The translations under genes and the position numbers were made by a program. This document shows, piece by piece, positions 25,731-34,780 of a DNA stretch of 64,000 nucleotides. Source of the DNA: Chloroflexota bacterium (GTDB lineage Bacteria > Chloroflexota > Dehalococcoidia > JAUQQI01); the NCBI GenBank assembly GCA_040289115.1, contig PSKS01000004.1, positions 36,064 to 100,063 on the forward strand. The letters are read 5' to 3'. The notes below the pieces were generated by a model that saw nothing but the letters and a program-made list of their open reading frames with translations, was not told the DNA's origin and ran no database searches. Every line of letters begins with the position of its first letter. Position 1 is the first letter of the stretch.

Positions 25731-27545
25731 GTGCGCCTAGGACTTGCGTTTTTAAGCCTGGTTTTGGGCCTGATCCTGCCCATCCTGCCGGCCTTCGGGC
25801 CCCAGGGGCCCACTGTGGCGCAGGCGGCCGAAGACTGGGACATTCCCGGAGGCCACTTCTTCACTCAAACCCGGGGCAACGCCCCTTCGGGCGGTTACGC
25901 CGTCCGGGACGATGTGGTGGCCCCCTTTTGGAGCGAGTTTAGGCGACTGGGTGGGGTTCAGGCTGTGGGTTATCCGGTCTCAAGGCGCTTTGTCTGGAAC
26001 GGCTTCGTGGTCCAGGCCTTCCAGAAGGCGGTCTTTCAGTGGCGGCCGGAGGTGGGCCGGGTCTACTTCGTAAACGTCTTTGACGAGTTTACCAACCTGG
26101 GCAAGGACGGCTGGCTTGAGGTGGTAAGGTCGACCCCAAGGCCGGCCCAGTTCAACGAACAAGGTCTTAGCTGGGACCAGATTATTGCCCAGCGGCTAAG
26201 GCTTTTGGATGATTATCCGGCCATTCGGGCGGCATATTTTGGGGTTGGGGACTGGCTTAATTTAAATGGCCTGCCCATGGCCCCGGTGAAGGATTACGGC
26301 AACGTCCGGGTCTTGCGGGCCCAGCGGGTCATCATTCAGCAGTGGCTGGTGGACGTGCCCTGGGCCCGGGCGGGGCAGGTGGTCTTTGCCAACGGGGGCG
26401 ACGTGGCCAAGGAGGCCGGCATCATTCCCCAGGCCGCAACCCAGCCCGAGGACCCGGCGGCCTACGGTCCGGCCCCGGTGACTAACCCGCCGGGGGGCAC
26501 CCCGCCGGCCCCCTCGGCCCTCGGCTACGGGATGCAGATCGACCCATTCAATGACCTTAACCGGGCCATCGGCCTGGTGCGGCAGGCCGGGTTCAACTGG
26601 GTTAAAGTCCAGGTCCGGTGGGAGGATCTGGAGCCCGTTCGGGGCCAGGTGGCCTGGGATAAGCTCGACCCCGTCGTGAGCGCCGTGAGCGGTGCCGGGC
26701 TGAACCTGCTCTTCAGCGTGGTGACGGCCCCCCGCTGGTCCCGGCCGGCCGACACCGACTTCTCGGTTCCCGGACCCCCGGCCAACCCCCAGGACTACGC
26801 CAACTTTGTCGGGGCCCTGGCCAGCCGCTACCGAGGTAAGGTTCAAGCCTACGAGATCTGGAACGAGCAGAACCTCTGGTACGAGTGGGGCGGTGCCGGC
26901 CGCCAAAACGCCGCCCAGTATGTGACCCTACTCCGGGCCGCCTACGGGGCCATCAAGGCGGCCGACCCAGGGGCCCTGGTGATCACTGGGGCACCGACCC
27001 CGGCCGGGACGGTTAACATAAATGGCCAGCTTCTGGCCATCGACGACTTAGACTACTTCCGCCAGATGTATGCCGCCGGGATGAAGGGCTACTTCGACGG
27101 GGTTGGGGTCCACCCCAGCGGCTACAACAACCCGCCCGACGACTTTGTTGGGCAGCTGAGCCCGAAGCCCCGGACCTGGAACGGCACCACCCATCCCTCG
27201 TTCTTCTTCCGGCGGTTCGAACAGTACTACCAGGTGATGGTGGAAAACGGCGACGCCGGTAAGAAGCTGTGGTTTACCGAGTTCGGCTGGGCCTCCTCCC
27301 CCAATCCGTACCCGGAGTATGCCTACGCCCGGGACAACTCCGAGCAGGACCAGGCCAGCTACCTGGTTCGGGCCTTCCAGATCGGCCGGGAGCGGGGCTA
27401 CGTGGCCGTGATGTTCGTTTGGAACCTAAACTTTGCCTCCTCGGCCGACCCCCAGGACCGGTATGCGAAGCGGGCGTTCTCGATTCTAAACCCGGACTGG
27501 ACTCCCCGCCCGGCCTACCTGGCCCTGGCGGCAATGCCGAAATAA
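25731..27545 (+). CDS. Secreted glycoside hydrolase, clan GH-A (GH5-like) catalytic domain preceded by LGFP-like repeats
   Basis: GTG start after a GAGAGGAGG RBS. Signal peptide VRLGLAFLSLVLGLILPILPAFG. Two LGFP-like repeats (VGYPVSRRFVWNGFVVQAFQKAVFQW and LPMAPVKDYGNVRVLRAQRVIIQQW). Catalytic signatures EIWNEQN (acid/base) and WFTEFGW (nucleophile). Confidence 0.7.
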   Translation: MRLGLAFLSLVLGLILPILPAFGPQGPTVAQAAEDWDIPGGHFFTQTRGNAPSGGYAVRDDVVAPFWSEFRRLGGVQAVGYPVSRRFVWNGFVVQAFQKAVFQWRPEVGRVYFVNVFDEFTNLGKDGWLEVVRSTPRPAQFNEQGLSWDQIIAQRLRLLDDYPAIRAAYFGVGDWLNLNGLPMAPVKDYGNVRVLRAQRVIIQQWLVDVPWARAGQVVFANGGDVAKEAGIIPQAATQPEDPAAYGPAPVTNPPGGTPPAPSALGYGMQIDPFNDLNRAIGLVRQAGFNWVKVQVRWEDLEPVRGQVAWDKLDPVVSAVSGAGLNLLFSVVTAPRWSRPADTDFSVPGPPANPQDYANFVGALASRYRGKVQAYEIWNEQNLWYEWGGAGRQNAAQYVTLLRAAYGAIKAADPGALVITGAPTPAGTVNINGQLLAIDDLDYFRQMYAAGMKGYFDGVGVHPSGYNNPPDDFVGQLSPKPRTWNGTTHPSFFFRRFEQYYQVMVENGDAGKKLWFTEFGWASSPNPYPEYAYARDNSEQDQASYLVRAFQIGRERGYVAVMFVWNLNFASSADPQDRYAKRAFSILNPDWTPRPAYLALAAMPK

Positions 27546-27596
27546 CGTTCGAATGGTGATGGGACGGGTTCTGCTATATTACTACGGGGCAGAAAC

Positions 27597-28166
27597 ATGC
27601 GCATCATCAGCGGCACCGCCAAAGGACGCCAGCTTAAGGCCCCGAAGGGCGGCCGAACCCGGCCCACATCCGACCTGGTCCGGGGGGCCGTCTTCGACAT
27701 GCTTACGAGTATGCGGGCACCCCTTGTGGGCGGGCGGATTCTGGACCTTTACGCCGGGAGTGGGGCCCTGGGCCTGGAAGCCCTGAGCCGGGGGGCCAAA
27801 TGGGTGGACTTCGTGGAGCAGGACCCGCAGACGGCCGAAACCATCAAGCAGAACCTGGCTGCCCTGGGGTTTTCTGACCGGGCTAAGGTTTACAAGCTGG
27901 CCGTCCGCAAGGCCCTCCGGGTCCTGGATGGGGCGTATGATATAATCTTCATGGACCCACCTTACAACCTGCCGAACTTTGCCGGCGCCGTTGAGGAGGT
28001 GGTTCGGTCCGGGCGGGCCGGACCCGGCACGGTGCTGGTGGTGGAACACCCCCGGCATGTGGTCCTTCCGGATAGGTTAGACGGGTTTGCCCTCGTGCGG
28101 CACCGGGTCTACGGCGGTACCGCTGTCTCAATCTATGTGAGCCAGGGGGACGAAGACGTCAGGTGA
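27597..28166 (+). CDS. rsmD: 16S rRNA (guanine966-N2)-methyltransferase RsmD
   Basis: Rossmann SAM-binding region (LDLYAGSGALGLEA) and DPPY motif. Confidence 0.85.
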   Translation: MRIISGTAKGRQLKAPKGGRTRPTSDLVRGAVFDMLTSMRAPLVGGRILDLYAGSGALGLEALSRGAKWVDFVEQDPQTAETIKQNLAALGFSDRAKVYKLAVRKALRVLDGAYDIIFMDPPYNLPNFAGAVEEVVRSGRAGPGTVLVVEHPRHVVLPDRLDGFALVRHRVYGGTAVSIYVSQGDEDVR

Positions 28167-28657
28167 GCATCACGGCCCTTTACCCCGGGACCTTCGACCC
28201 GGTTACCCTGGGGCACCTGGATGTGGCCACCCGGGCGGCTCGACTCTTCGACCGGCTGGTGGTCGGGGTGTATGATGCCCCCCCGAAAAACCTGCTTTTC
28301 AACACCGAGGAGCGGGTCCGGCTCTTTCGGGAGGCGGCCAGCCACCTCCCCAACGTGGAGGTGCTCCCCTACAGCGGGCTTACGGTGGATTTTGCCCGCA
28401 AGATCCACGCCAAGGTCATCATTCGGGGCATCCGGGCGTTCGACGACTTTCTTTACGAGTACGAGATGGCTTTAATGAACGCCAAGATGGCCCCGGAAAT
28501 CGAGACGATAATCTTAATGACTAAGCTGGAATACTCGTACTTTTCCTCGACCCGGGTGCGGGAGATCGCGCCCCTGGGCGGGGATATCTCAGATCTGGTG
28601 CCGCCGAACGTTCTGGCGGCGGTAAAGGCCAAACTGGCCGAAAGGAGCCGGCGATAG
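28163..28657 (+). CDS. coaD: Phosphopantetheine adenylyltransferase
   Basis: GTG start overlapping the rsmD stop. YPGTFDPVTLGHLD is the HxGH nucleotidyltransferase motif. About 160 aa. Confidence 0.9.
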   Translation: MSITALYPGTFDPVTLGHLDVATRAARLFDRLVVGVYDAPPKNLLFNTEERVRLFREAASHLPNVEVLPYSGLTVDFARKIHAKVIIRGIRAFDDFLYEYEMALMNAKMAPEIETIILMTKLEYSYFSSTRVREIAPLGGDISDLVPPNVLAAVKAKLAERSRR

Positions 28658-28710
28658 ACCTACTCGAGCTTATCGACGAACTGGAAGCGGCCATCGTAAA
28701 CGCCTTCCGA

Positions 28711-29199
28711 GTGCCGGTCGTCGGGAAGGTGCTGGTCGATGAGGCCGAGGTATTGGACCTGATCGACCAGCTCAAGGTTGCTGTGCCCCGGTCGGTGCGG
28801 GAGGCAAAAACTGTCCTGCAGGAGCGGGAGCGCATCCTGGAGCAGGCCCGGGCCGAGGCCGAGCGCATGCTGGCCGAAGCCCAGCGGTACGCCGCGGCCA
28901 AGGCCAGCCAGAGCGAGGTCGTCCTCATCGCCCAACGGCAGGCCGCCGAGCTCCGGCAGGAGGCCGAGCGGGAAGCCGAACGGCTGATCGAGGAAGCCCG
29001 TCGGCGGGCTGCCGAGCTGGTTGGCCGGGCCGAGGAGGAGGCGGCCCGGCGGGAGGCCGAGGCCGACCGCTACGTTCGGGAGGTCTTGACCGACCTGGAG
29101 GGCCGCCTTACCGGCGCCCTGGCGGCCGTTAAAAAGGGTCTTGGGGCGGCGGAGCGTTCCCATGCGGCGGGAAGGAGGGTTGGTCGAAATGCAATATAA
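28711..29199 (+). CDS. Hypothetical Ala/Glu/Arg-rich coiled-coil protein
   Basis: Highly helical low-complexity sequence (AEAERMLAEAQRYAAAKAS...EAEREAERLIEEARRRAAEL). The in-frame open reading continues upstream to the coaD stop without a canonical start codon, so the start is uncertain. Confidence 0.4.
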   Translation: MPVVGKVLVDEAEVLDLIDQLKVAVPRSVREAKTVLQERERILEQARAEAERMLAEAQRYAAAKASQSEVVLIAQRQAAELRQEAEREAERLIEEARRRAAELVGRAEEEAARREAEADRYVREVLTDLEGRLTGALAAVKKGLGAAERSHAAGRRVGRNAI

Positions 29200-29713
29200 C
29201 GTGGCACAGCTCTTGAAACAGCCGGTCGGTTCGACCCGAAGCTACCAGTTTGATGAGCAGCTGGAGCCGGTAGATGGGCTTCCCCGGCGGGCCGTGGCCA
29301 GGGTCCGGCTGACCCGGACCAACCGGGGGATTCTCGTCCAGGGGGCGGCCCGGGTGGAAGTCCACTGCCAGTGCAGCCGCTGCCTGGAGGAGTTTGATAC
29401 CGAGCTGGAGTTCGCCTTCGAAGAGGAATACCTGCCGACCCGGGACATCGTCACCGGTGCCCTGCTGCCCCTGCCCGAGGACGACTCGGTGTTCCTCATC
29501 GACGAAGGCCACATTCTGGACTTTAAAGAGGCCATCCGCCAGTACACGGTGATAAACACCCCGATCCGGGTTCTCTGCCGGCCCGACTGCGCCGGGCTCT
29601 GCCCCACCTGCGGCCAGAACCTGAACCTGGGCCCCTGCGCCTGCCCCCGGGGAGCGGTTGACCCGCGCCTGGCGGCCCTGGCCAAGCTGCTCGACGGCCT
29701 GTCTACAGTTTGA
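29189..29713 (+). CDS. DUF177/YceD-family protein (large-subunit rRNA accumulation protein)
   Basis: ATG after a GGAAGGAGG RBS. Cys-rich C-terminus (CRPDCAGLCPTCGQNLNLGPCAC) typical of YceD. Conserved position immediately upstream of rpmF. Confidence 0.85.
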   Translation: MQYNVAQLLKQPVGSTRSYQFDEQLEPVDGLPRRAVARVRLTRTNRGILVQGAARVEVHCQCSRCLEEFDTELEFAFEEEYLPTRDIVTGALLPLPEDDSVFLIDEGHILDFKEAIRQYTVINTPIRVLCRPDCAGLCPTCGQNLNLGPCACPRGAVDPRLAALAKLLDGLSTV

Positions 29714-29740
29714 AGCGACCTCCGGAAAGGAGCTAGCAAA

Positions 29741-29923
29741 GTGGGAGCCGTACCGAAGAAGAAACCCAGCAAGCGCCGAACGGCAAATCGGCGGGCCCAT
29801 TTCAAGGTGGACCCGGGCCACCTGGTCCCCTGTCCCCGCTGCCACCGTCTCCGCCTCTCACACCGGGTTTGCCCCCACTGCGGCCACTACCGCGGCCGGC
29901 AGGTCCTGGAAGTCGAGGGCTGA
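29741..29923 (+). CDS. rpmF: 50S ribosomal protein L32
   Basis: 60 aa with a GTG start. KKKPSKRRT...CPRCH...CPHCGHYRG is the L32 zinc-ribbon type. Confidence 0.9.
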   Translation: MGAVPKKKPSKRRTANRRAHFKVDPGHLVPCPRCHRLRLSHRVCPHCGHYRGRQVLEVEG

Positions 29924-29930
29924 GGCGGCG

Positions 29931-30854
29931 GTGGGGGTTGCCCTCCTCTTCCCGGGCCAGGGTTCCCAGGTGGTGGGGATGGGCCGGGACCTTTACGAGG
30001 CGTCGCAGGCGGCCCGGCAGCTCTATTCCCGGGCCGACCGGCTTCTAGGCTTCGGTCTGAGCCGGCTCTGCTTCGAGGGGCCTGAAGAGGCCCTGACCCG
30101 GACGGAGAACGCCCAGCCGGCCATCTTTATTACCAGCCTGGCGTGCCTGGCGGCCGCCCAGGAGTCCGGGGTTATTCAACTGCCGGATGGGGTGCGCTTC
30201 GTGGCCGGCCACAGCCTTGGGGAGTATACGGCCCTGGTGGCGGCGGGGGCCCTGGATTTCGAGGCCGGCCTCAAGCTGGTTTGGGAACGGGGCCGGCTCA
30301 TGCAGGCGGCCTCGGAGGCCACCCCAAGCGGCATGGCGGCCATCCTGGGCCTGGCCGAGGAGGCGGTTTTGGAAGTTTGCGCCGAGGCCGGGGTCGAAGT
30401 GGCCAACTGGAACGCACCGGGTCAGCTGGTTATCAGCGGGCCCAAGGATGCCCTGGAACGGGCCGCCGAGTTGGCCCGAAGCCGGGGGGCCCGTCGGGTG
30501 GTCTTTCTTAACGTCAGCGGGGCCTTTCACTCCCGGGTAATGGCCCCGGCGGCCGCGGGCCTGAAACCCCTCATCGACGCCGCCCCTCTCCGGCCGGCCC
30601 AGGTGCCGGTTGTGGCCAATATCACCGCTCGGCCCATGGTGAGCCCCGAGGAGATACGGGCCGAGCTGCGGGAGCAGATCCTGCGGCCCGTGCGCTGGCA
30701 GCAGTCGATGGAATATATTATCAAGCAGGGCGTTCGACGCTTCATCGAACTGGGGCCCGGGAAGGTTCTCAGCGGGCTTCTGCGTCGGGTCGACCCGAGG
30801 GTCGAGGCCGTTGCCATCGACGGCCTGGCTGCCCTGGGCCAGCGGGTAAGTTAG
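29931..30854 (+). CDS. fabD: Malonyl CoA-acyl carrier protein transacylase
   Basis: LLFPGQGSQVVGMG N-terminal motif and GHSLGEYTALVAAGAL active-site Ser. GTG start 29931. Confidence 0.9.
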   Translation: MGVALLFPGQGSQVVGMGRDLYEASQAARQLYSRADRLLGFGLSRLCFEGPEEALTRTENAQPAIFITSLACLAAAQESGVIQLPDGVRFVAGHSLGEYTALVAAGALDFEAGLKLVWERGRLMQAASEATPSGMAAILGLAEEAVLEVCAEAGVEVANWNAPGQLVISGPKDALERAAELARSRGARRVVFLNVSGAFHSRVMAPAAAGLKPLIDAAPLRPAQVPVVANITARPMVSPEEIRAELREQILRPVRWQQSMEYIIKQGVRRFIELGPGKVLSGLLRRVDPRVEAVAIDGLAALGQRVS

Positions 30855-30858
30855 GGCT

Positions 30859-31614
30859 GTGGAGCGGCTACGTCTTGACGGCAAAGTCGCGGTGGTCACC
30901 GGCTCGTCGCGGGGTATCGGCCGGGCCATCGCCCTGAAGCTGGCCGACCGGGGGGCCAAGGTTGTGGTAAATTACCGGACCAGCCAGGCCGAGGCTGAGG
31001 AGGTGGCCTCGCTGATTCGCAAGTGTGGGAGCGAGGCGGTGACCTTCAAGGCCGACGTGAGCCGGCGGGAGGAAGCCGAAGCGCTGATTCAGGAGGCACT
31101 GGGCCGTTTCGGCCGGCTGGATATCCTGGTGAACAACGCCGGCCTGATTCGGGACACCTTGCTGGTGCGGATGTCCGACGAGGACTGGGACCTGGTAATG
31201 GACGTGAACCTTAGGGGAACTTTCTACTGTTGCCGGGCGGCCGTTCGGCCCATGATCCGTCAGCGCTGGGGACGCATAATCAACATGAGCAGCATCGTCG
31301 GGGTACACGGCAACGTGGGCCAGGCCAACTATTCAGCGGCCAAGGCCGGCGTCATCGGTTTTACCAAGAGCCTGGCCAAGGAGGTAGCCTCCCGAAACGT
31401 AACCGTCAACGTCGTTGCCCCCGGCCTCATCGAGACGGACGTAACCACAAAGCTCAACGAGCGGGTTAAAGCGGAGCTCTTTAAGCGGATTCACCTGGGC
31501 CGTCTTGGGACGCCCGAAGAGGTCGCCGAGCTGGTGGCCTTCCTGGCGTCGGATGCGGCCGGATACATCACCGGTCAGGTCTTGCTTATTGACGGCGGCA
31601 TGAGTCTCGGCTAA
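30859..31614 (+). CDS. fabG: 3-oxoacyl-[acyl-carrier-protein] reductase
   Basis: Classical SDR motifs: TGSSRGIGRAIA cofactor-binding motif, NNAG, and YSAAK catalytic Tyr/Lys. 251 aa. Confidence 0.9.
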   Translation: MERLRLDGKVAVVTGSSRGIGRAIALKLADRGAKVVVNYRTSQAEAEEVASLIRKCGSEAVTFKADVSRREEAEALIQEALGRFGRLDILVNNAGLIRDTLLVRMSDEDWDLVMDVNLRGTFYCCRAAVRPMIRQRWGRIINMSSIVGVHGNVGQANYSAAKAGVIGFTKSLAKEVASRNVTVNVVAPGLIETDVTTKLNERVKAELFKRIHLGRLGTPEEVAELVAFLASDAAGYITGQVLLIDGGMSLG

Positions 31615-31626
31615 TTTAAACATAGG

Positions 31627-32085
31627 ATGGCCGCCGAAAAGAAGCCCGGCTGGCGACGTCAGGCCCGGGTCTTGGCGTTCAGGGTGCTTTTCGAGCACGA
31701 CCTGACCGGCCATAACCCGGCTAAGGCGCTGGAATATCACTTGGCCGAGGAGCCGCTGCCGGCGGATGCGGCCGAATTCGCCCGGGGCCTGGTGTATGGT
31801 ACCCTGGCCCACCGGGAGGAGCTTGATGAGGTCATTCGGCGGTTCGCCCCGGCCTGGCCTTTCGAACAGATGAACGCGGTGGATAAAAATATACTCAGGC
31901 TTGCCCTTTACGAGGTCCTGTTCGAGAATCAGGTACCGGTAAAGGCGGCCATAAACGAGGCCGTCGAGCTGGCCAAGCTCTTCGGCACCGACGCCTCACC
32001 GAAGTTTGTTAACGGCGTATTGGGGGCCGTTGTCCGGGCCTACGGGCGAGTGCCCGGTGCCTCGGGCAGCGGAAACAAAGCCTAA
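31627..32085 (+). CDS. nusB: Transcription antitermination factor NusB
   Basis: RRQARVLAFRVLFE..., ILRLALYEVLFENQVPVKAAINEAVELAKLFGTDASPKFVNGVLG matches the NusB family end-to-end. Confidence 0.85.
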   Translation: MAAEKKPGWRRQARVLAFRVLFEHDLTGHNPAKALEYHLAEEPLPADAAEFARGLVYGTLAHREELDEVIRRFAPAWPFEQMNAVDKNILRLALYEVLFENQVPVKAAINEAVELAKLFGTDASPKFVNGVLGAVVRAYGRVPGASGSGNKA

Positions 32086-32111
32086 CTAAAAACCTGGCAA
32101 CGACAGGTCCT

Positions 32112-32127
32112 GGGGTCGGCCGACCCC
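32112..32127 (+). other. GC-rich perfect palindrome/hairpin in the nusB-acpP intergenic region with no U-tract
   Basis: GGGGTCGGCCGACCCC forms a 6-bp stem with a 4-nt loop. No T-run follows, so it is more likely a processing/attenuation element than an intrinsic terminator. Confidence 0.25.
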
Positions 32128-32167
32128 GGGCTGAAGCAACCCAAAAATCTCCAAGGGGGGTGAATCT

Positions 32168-32434
32168 ATGGCAACAGTCTACGAACGGGTAAAGCGCATA
32201 ATCGTTGAGGAGCTTGGGGTGGATGAAGACCAGGTCACGCCGGATGCCTCGTTCATCGAAGACCTAAACGCCGACTCCCTGGACCTGGTCGAGCTCATCA
32301 TGCGGCTTGAGGAGGAGTTCAGCAAGGAGGGGCGCCAGATCACCATCTCCGACGAGGAGGCCGAGCGGATTCGCACCGTGCGGGATGCGGTAGAATTTAT
32401 AAAAGAACACGGCGTCGAAGACGATGAGGAGTGA
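32168..32434 (+). CDS. acpP: Acyl carrier protein
   Basis: [13 protein letters not shown] contains the phosphopantetheine-attachment Ser (DSL). 88 aa with a small insertion relative to typical 77-aa ACPs. Confidence 0.9.
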   Translation: MATVYERVKRIIVEELGVDEDQVTPDASFIEDLNADSLDLVELIMRLEEEFSKEGRQITISDEEAERIRTVRDAVEFIKEHGVEDDEE

Positions 32435-33153
32435 AGGTGACCCAGGTCGCCGATGAGAAACGGATGACCATTTTTGAGCACCTGGCCGAGCTGCGGATGC
32501 GGCTCATCCGCAGCTTTGTGGCCCTGGCTGTGGCAACCTTATTTTCCCTCCTTTTCACCCGGCCGATTTTTGAGATTTTAAAGGCGCCGGCCTACCCCAT
32601 CGACCTCATCTTCATCGACCCCACTGAGGGGATGGGGTCGTATTTCCGGGTGGCCCTGCTGGCCGGCGTCATCCTGGCGATGCCGGCCATCGTCTACCAG
32701 GCGGCTATGTTTGTAATGCCGGGCCTTACGCCCGCGGAAAAGCGGTACCTCTTCTGGCTGCTACCTGGGGCGACCCTAAGCTTCGTCATTGGGGTGGTCT
32801 TCGCCTATGCGGTCCTGATGCCCCCGGCCATTACGTTCCTTCTGGGCTGGCCGGGGGAAGATATCGCCCGGCCGCAGATCAGGCTCTCCAGTTACATAGA
32901 CTTCGTAACCCGTTTTCTCTTCTGGGTTGGGGTGGTCTTCGAGACGCCCCTTATTATTTACTTCCTGGCCAAGGTGCGGGTTGTAAGCCCCCAGCGGCTA
33001 GCCAGCTTGCGAAAATACGCCATCGTTGGGGCCTTTGCCCTGGGGGCCATCATTACGCCGACCTTCGACCCGGTCAACCAGACCCTGGTTGCCGTCCCGC
33101 TGATCCTGCTGTATGAGGTGGGCATCTTCCTGGCCAAGCTTGCCTACCGCTAG
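32431..33153 (+). CDS. tatC: Twin-arginine translocase subunit TatC
   Basis: [17 protein letters not shown] is a TatC N-terminal motif, followed by 6 TM segments. GTG 32431 overlaps the acpP stop; alternative start ATG 32464. Confidence 0.85.
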   Translation: MKVTQVADEKRMTIFEHLAELRMRLIRSFVALAVATLFSLLFTRPIFEILKAPAYPIDLIFIDPTEGMGSYFRVALLAGVILAMPAIVYQAAMFVMPGLTPAEKRYLFWLLPGATLSFVIGVVFAYAVLMPPAITFLLGWPGEDIARPQIRLSSYIDFVTRFLFWVGVVFETPLIIYFLAKVRVVSPQRLASLRKYAIVGAFALGAIITPTFDPVNQTLVAVPLILLYEVGIFLAKLAYR

Positions 33154-33162
33154 CCGCCGCCC

Positions 33163-33672
33163 TTGGGCCGAGCGGGGCGCGAGCTCCTAATCACCCTCAT
33201 CGCCTACTGGCGAAACCTGAATGCCTGGTGGAGACGGCAGACGGCCTGGGGTCGGCGGCTTTATGCTACCCTGGCCCTGATCTACCTGGTAGGTGCCCTC
33301 TGCTACTGCCTGGGGGTGGCTAGCCTGGTCCTTATACCCTTACCGACGGCCACCACCGGACCCACTGCCGAGGGCCGGGGGGTGCCGACTGTAAGCCCTA
33401 CGGCCGAACCGGCGGACGAGGCATCGCCCACCCCACTGCCTTTATCCACCGCCGTTTCGGCCGTTACCCCTGTGCCAACCCCAAATTCCGCCCCCACCCG
33501 TGTTCCAAGCCGGACGCCCACGGCCCAGCCCCCTCGGAGTCCGACCCCGACGCCTTCCCCAAGCCCGACCCGGACCCTCCAACCGGCTCCAACCTGGACC
33601 CCTGGCCGCACCGTTACCCCGACTCCCACCGCTTTGGCCAGCCCCCAGCCAACCCCGACAGCTATCCGCTAG
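33163..33672 (+). CDS. Membrane-anchored Pro/Thr/Ser-rich low-complexity protein (mucin-like)
   Basis: One TM segment ([22 protein letters not shown]), then about 110 aa of PT-rich repeats ([29 protein letters not shown]). Confidence 0.5.
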   Translation: MGRAGRELLITLIAYWRNLNAWWRRQTAWGRRLYATLALIYLVGALCYCLGVASLVLIPLPTATTGPTAEGRGVPTVSPTAEPADEASPTPLPLSTAVSAVTPVPTPNSAPTRVPSRTPTAQPPRSPTPTPSPSPTRTLQPAPTWTPGRTVTPTPTALASPQPTPTAIR

Positions 33673-34406
33673 GCTTCCCCAGCCAGGGCCGCCAGCTGGG
33701 CCTTAAGGAGCTGGCGGATACCCACCTCGGCCAGATCGAGAAGCTGATGCAGCTGTTTCCGGCTGAAGGGTTCGGCCTCGGCGGTACCCTGAATCTCCAC
33801 CAGCCGGCCGTCGGCGGCCATCACCACGTTGAGGTCAACTTGGGCCTGGGAATCTTCGGCGTACTCTAGGTCTAGCACAGGTACCCCGCCGACGATGCCC
33901 ACACTCACGGCGGCGACTGCCTGCTTGATAGGGTCAGTTGCCAGGAGCCCCTCAGCCCTTAGTCGACCCACCGCCCGGACCAGAGCAACCCAGGCCCCGG
34001 TGATGGCTGCCGTCCGGGTTCCGCCGTCGGCCTGGAGCACATCGCAATCGACAATGAGGGTGCGTTCGCCCAACTTGTCCAGGTCGACCACGGCCCGCAG
34101 GGCCCGGCCGATGAGACGCTGAATCTCCTGCGTCCGGCCGGATGGGCGGCCCTGGACGGCCTCCCGGGGCGAGCGGGTTGGGGTGGCCCGGGGCAACATC
34201 CCATACTCGGCGGTCACCCACCCCCGGCCAGTACCAGCCAAAAAGGGCGGCACCCGCTCCTCCACCGTCACGGTGCACAGCACCCGGGTTCGGCCCTGCT
34301 CGATTAGGGCCGAGCCCTCGGGAAATTCCAGGGGGTCTAGGCTGATTCGAACCGGCCGGAGCTGATCGGGCGCCCGACCGCCCGGCCGGTCGGAAACCCC
34401 GACCAT
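33669..34406 (-). CDS. rph: Ribonuclease PH
   Basis: [16 protein letters not shown]-terminus and [18 protein letters not shown] active-site region. Full-length RNase PH. Confidence 0.9.
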   Translation of the reverse strand: MVGVSDRPGGRAPDQLRPVRISLDPLEFPEGSALIEQGRTRVLCTVTVEERVPPFLAGTGRGWVTAEYGMLPRATPTRSPREAVQGRPSGRTQEIQRLIGRALRAVVDLDKLGERTLIVDCDVLQADGGTRTAAITGAWVALVRAVGRLRAEGLLATDPIKQAVAAVSVGIVGGVPVLDLEYAEDSQAQVDLNVVMAADGRLVEIQGTAEAEPFSRKQLHQLLDLAEVGIRQLLKAQLAALAGEA

Positions 34407-34417
34407 TGGCGGCCCCT

Positions 34418-34759
34418 CTACCTACCGAGCAGGTCGGCGATGTTATACGCCAGCAGCACCGGGATGAAGATCGCCAGCAAAAGCAGGTGAATTAAAAAGC
34501 CCACTACGAAGCCCTGCCGGTCGCCGTTGCGGTAAAGCCACTCCCAGCTGGCTCGCATCACGGCGGCCGGGGCAATGAGTCCCACCCCGTAGAGGGCCAG
34601 GTATCGGACGGCCACCCCCACCTTCCAGGGCAGGAAATGGACGGCCGAATGGACCAGGATAACGGCCCAGGTGACGAACTGGACCAGAACCCAGCCTGTC
34701 AGGCCGGTGGCCAGGATGGCCGCCACCCAAACCCCGGTGCGCCGGTAGTCCACGGTCAC
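34418..34759 (-). CDS. Hypothetical small integral membrane protein (3-4 TM)
   Basis: 113 aa, strongly hydrophobic, coding-like GC3. No recognisable family. Confidence 0.4.
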   Translation of the reverse strand: MTVDYRRTGVWVAAILATGLTGWVLVQFVTWAVILVHSAVHFLPWKVGVAVRYLALYGVGLIAPAAVMRASWEWLYRNGDRQGFVVGFLIHLLLLAIFIPVLLAYNIADLLGR

Positions 34760-34780
34760 CGTTAGCCCTCAAAACTGGCC

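Noticed and set aside
27582-28058. 158-aa ORF antisense to rsmD
   Set aside because: Antisense overlap with rsmD; no recognisable motifs.
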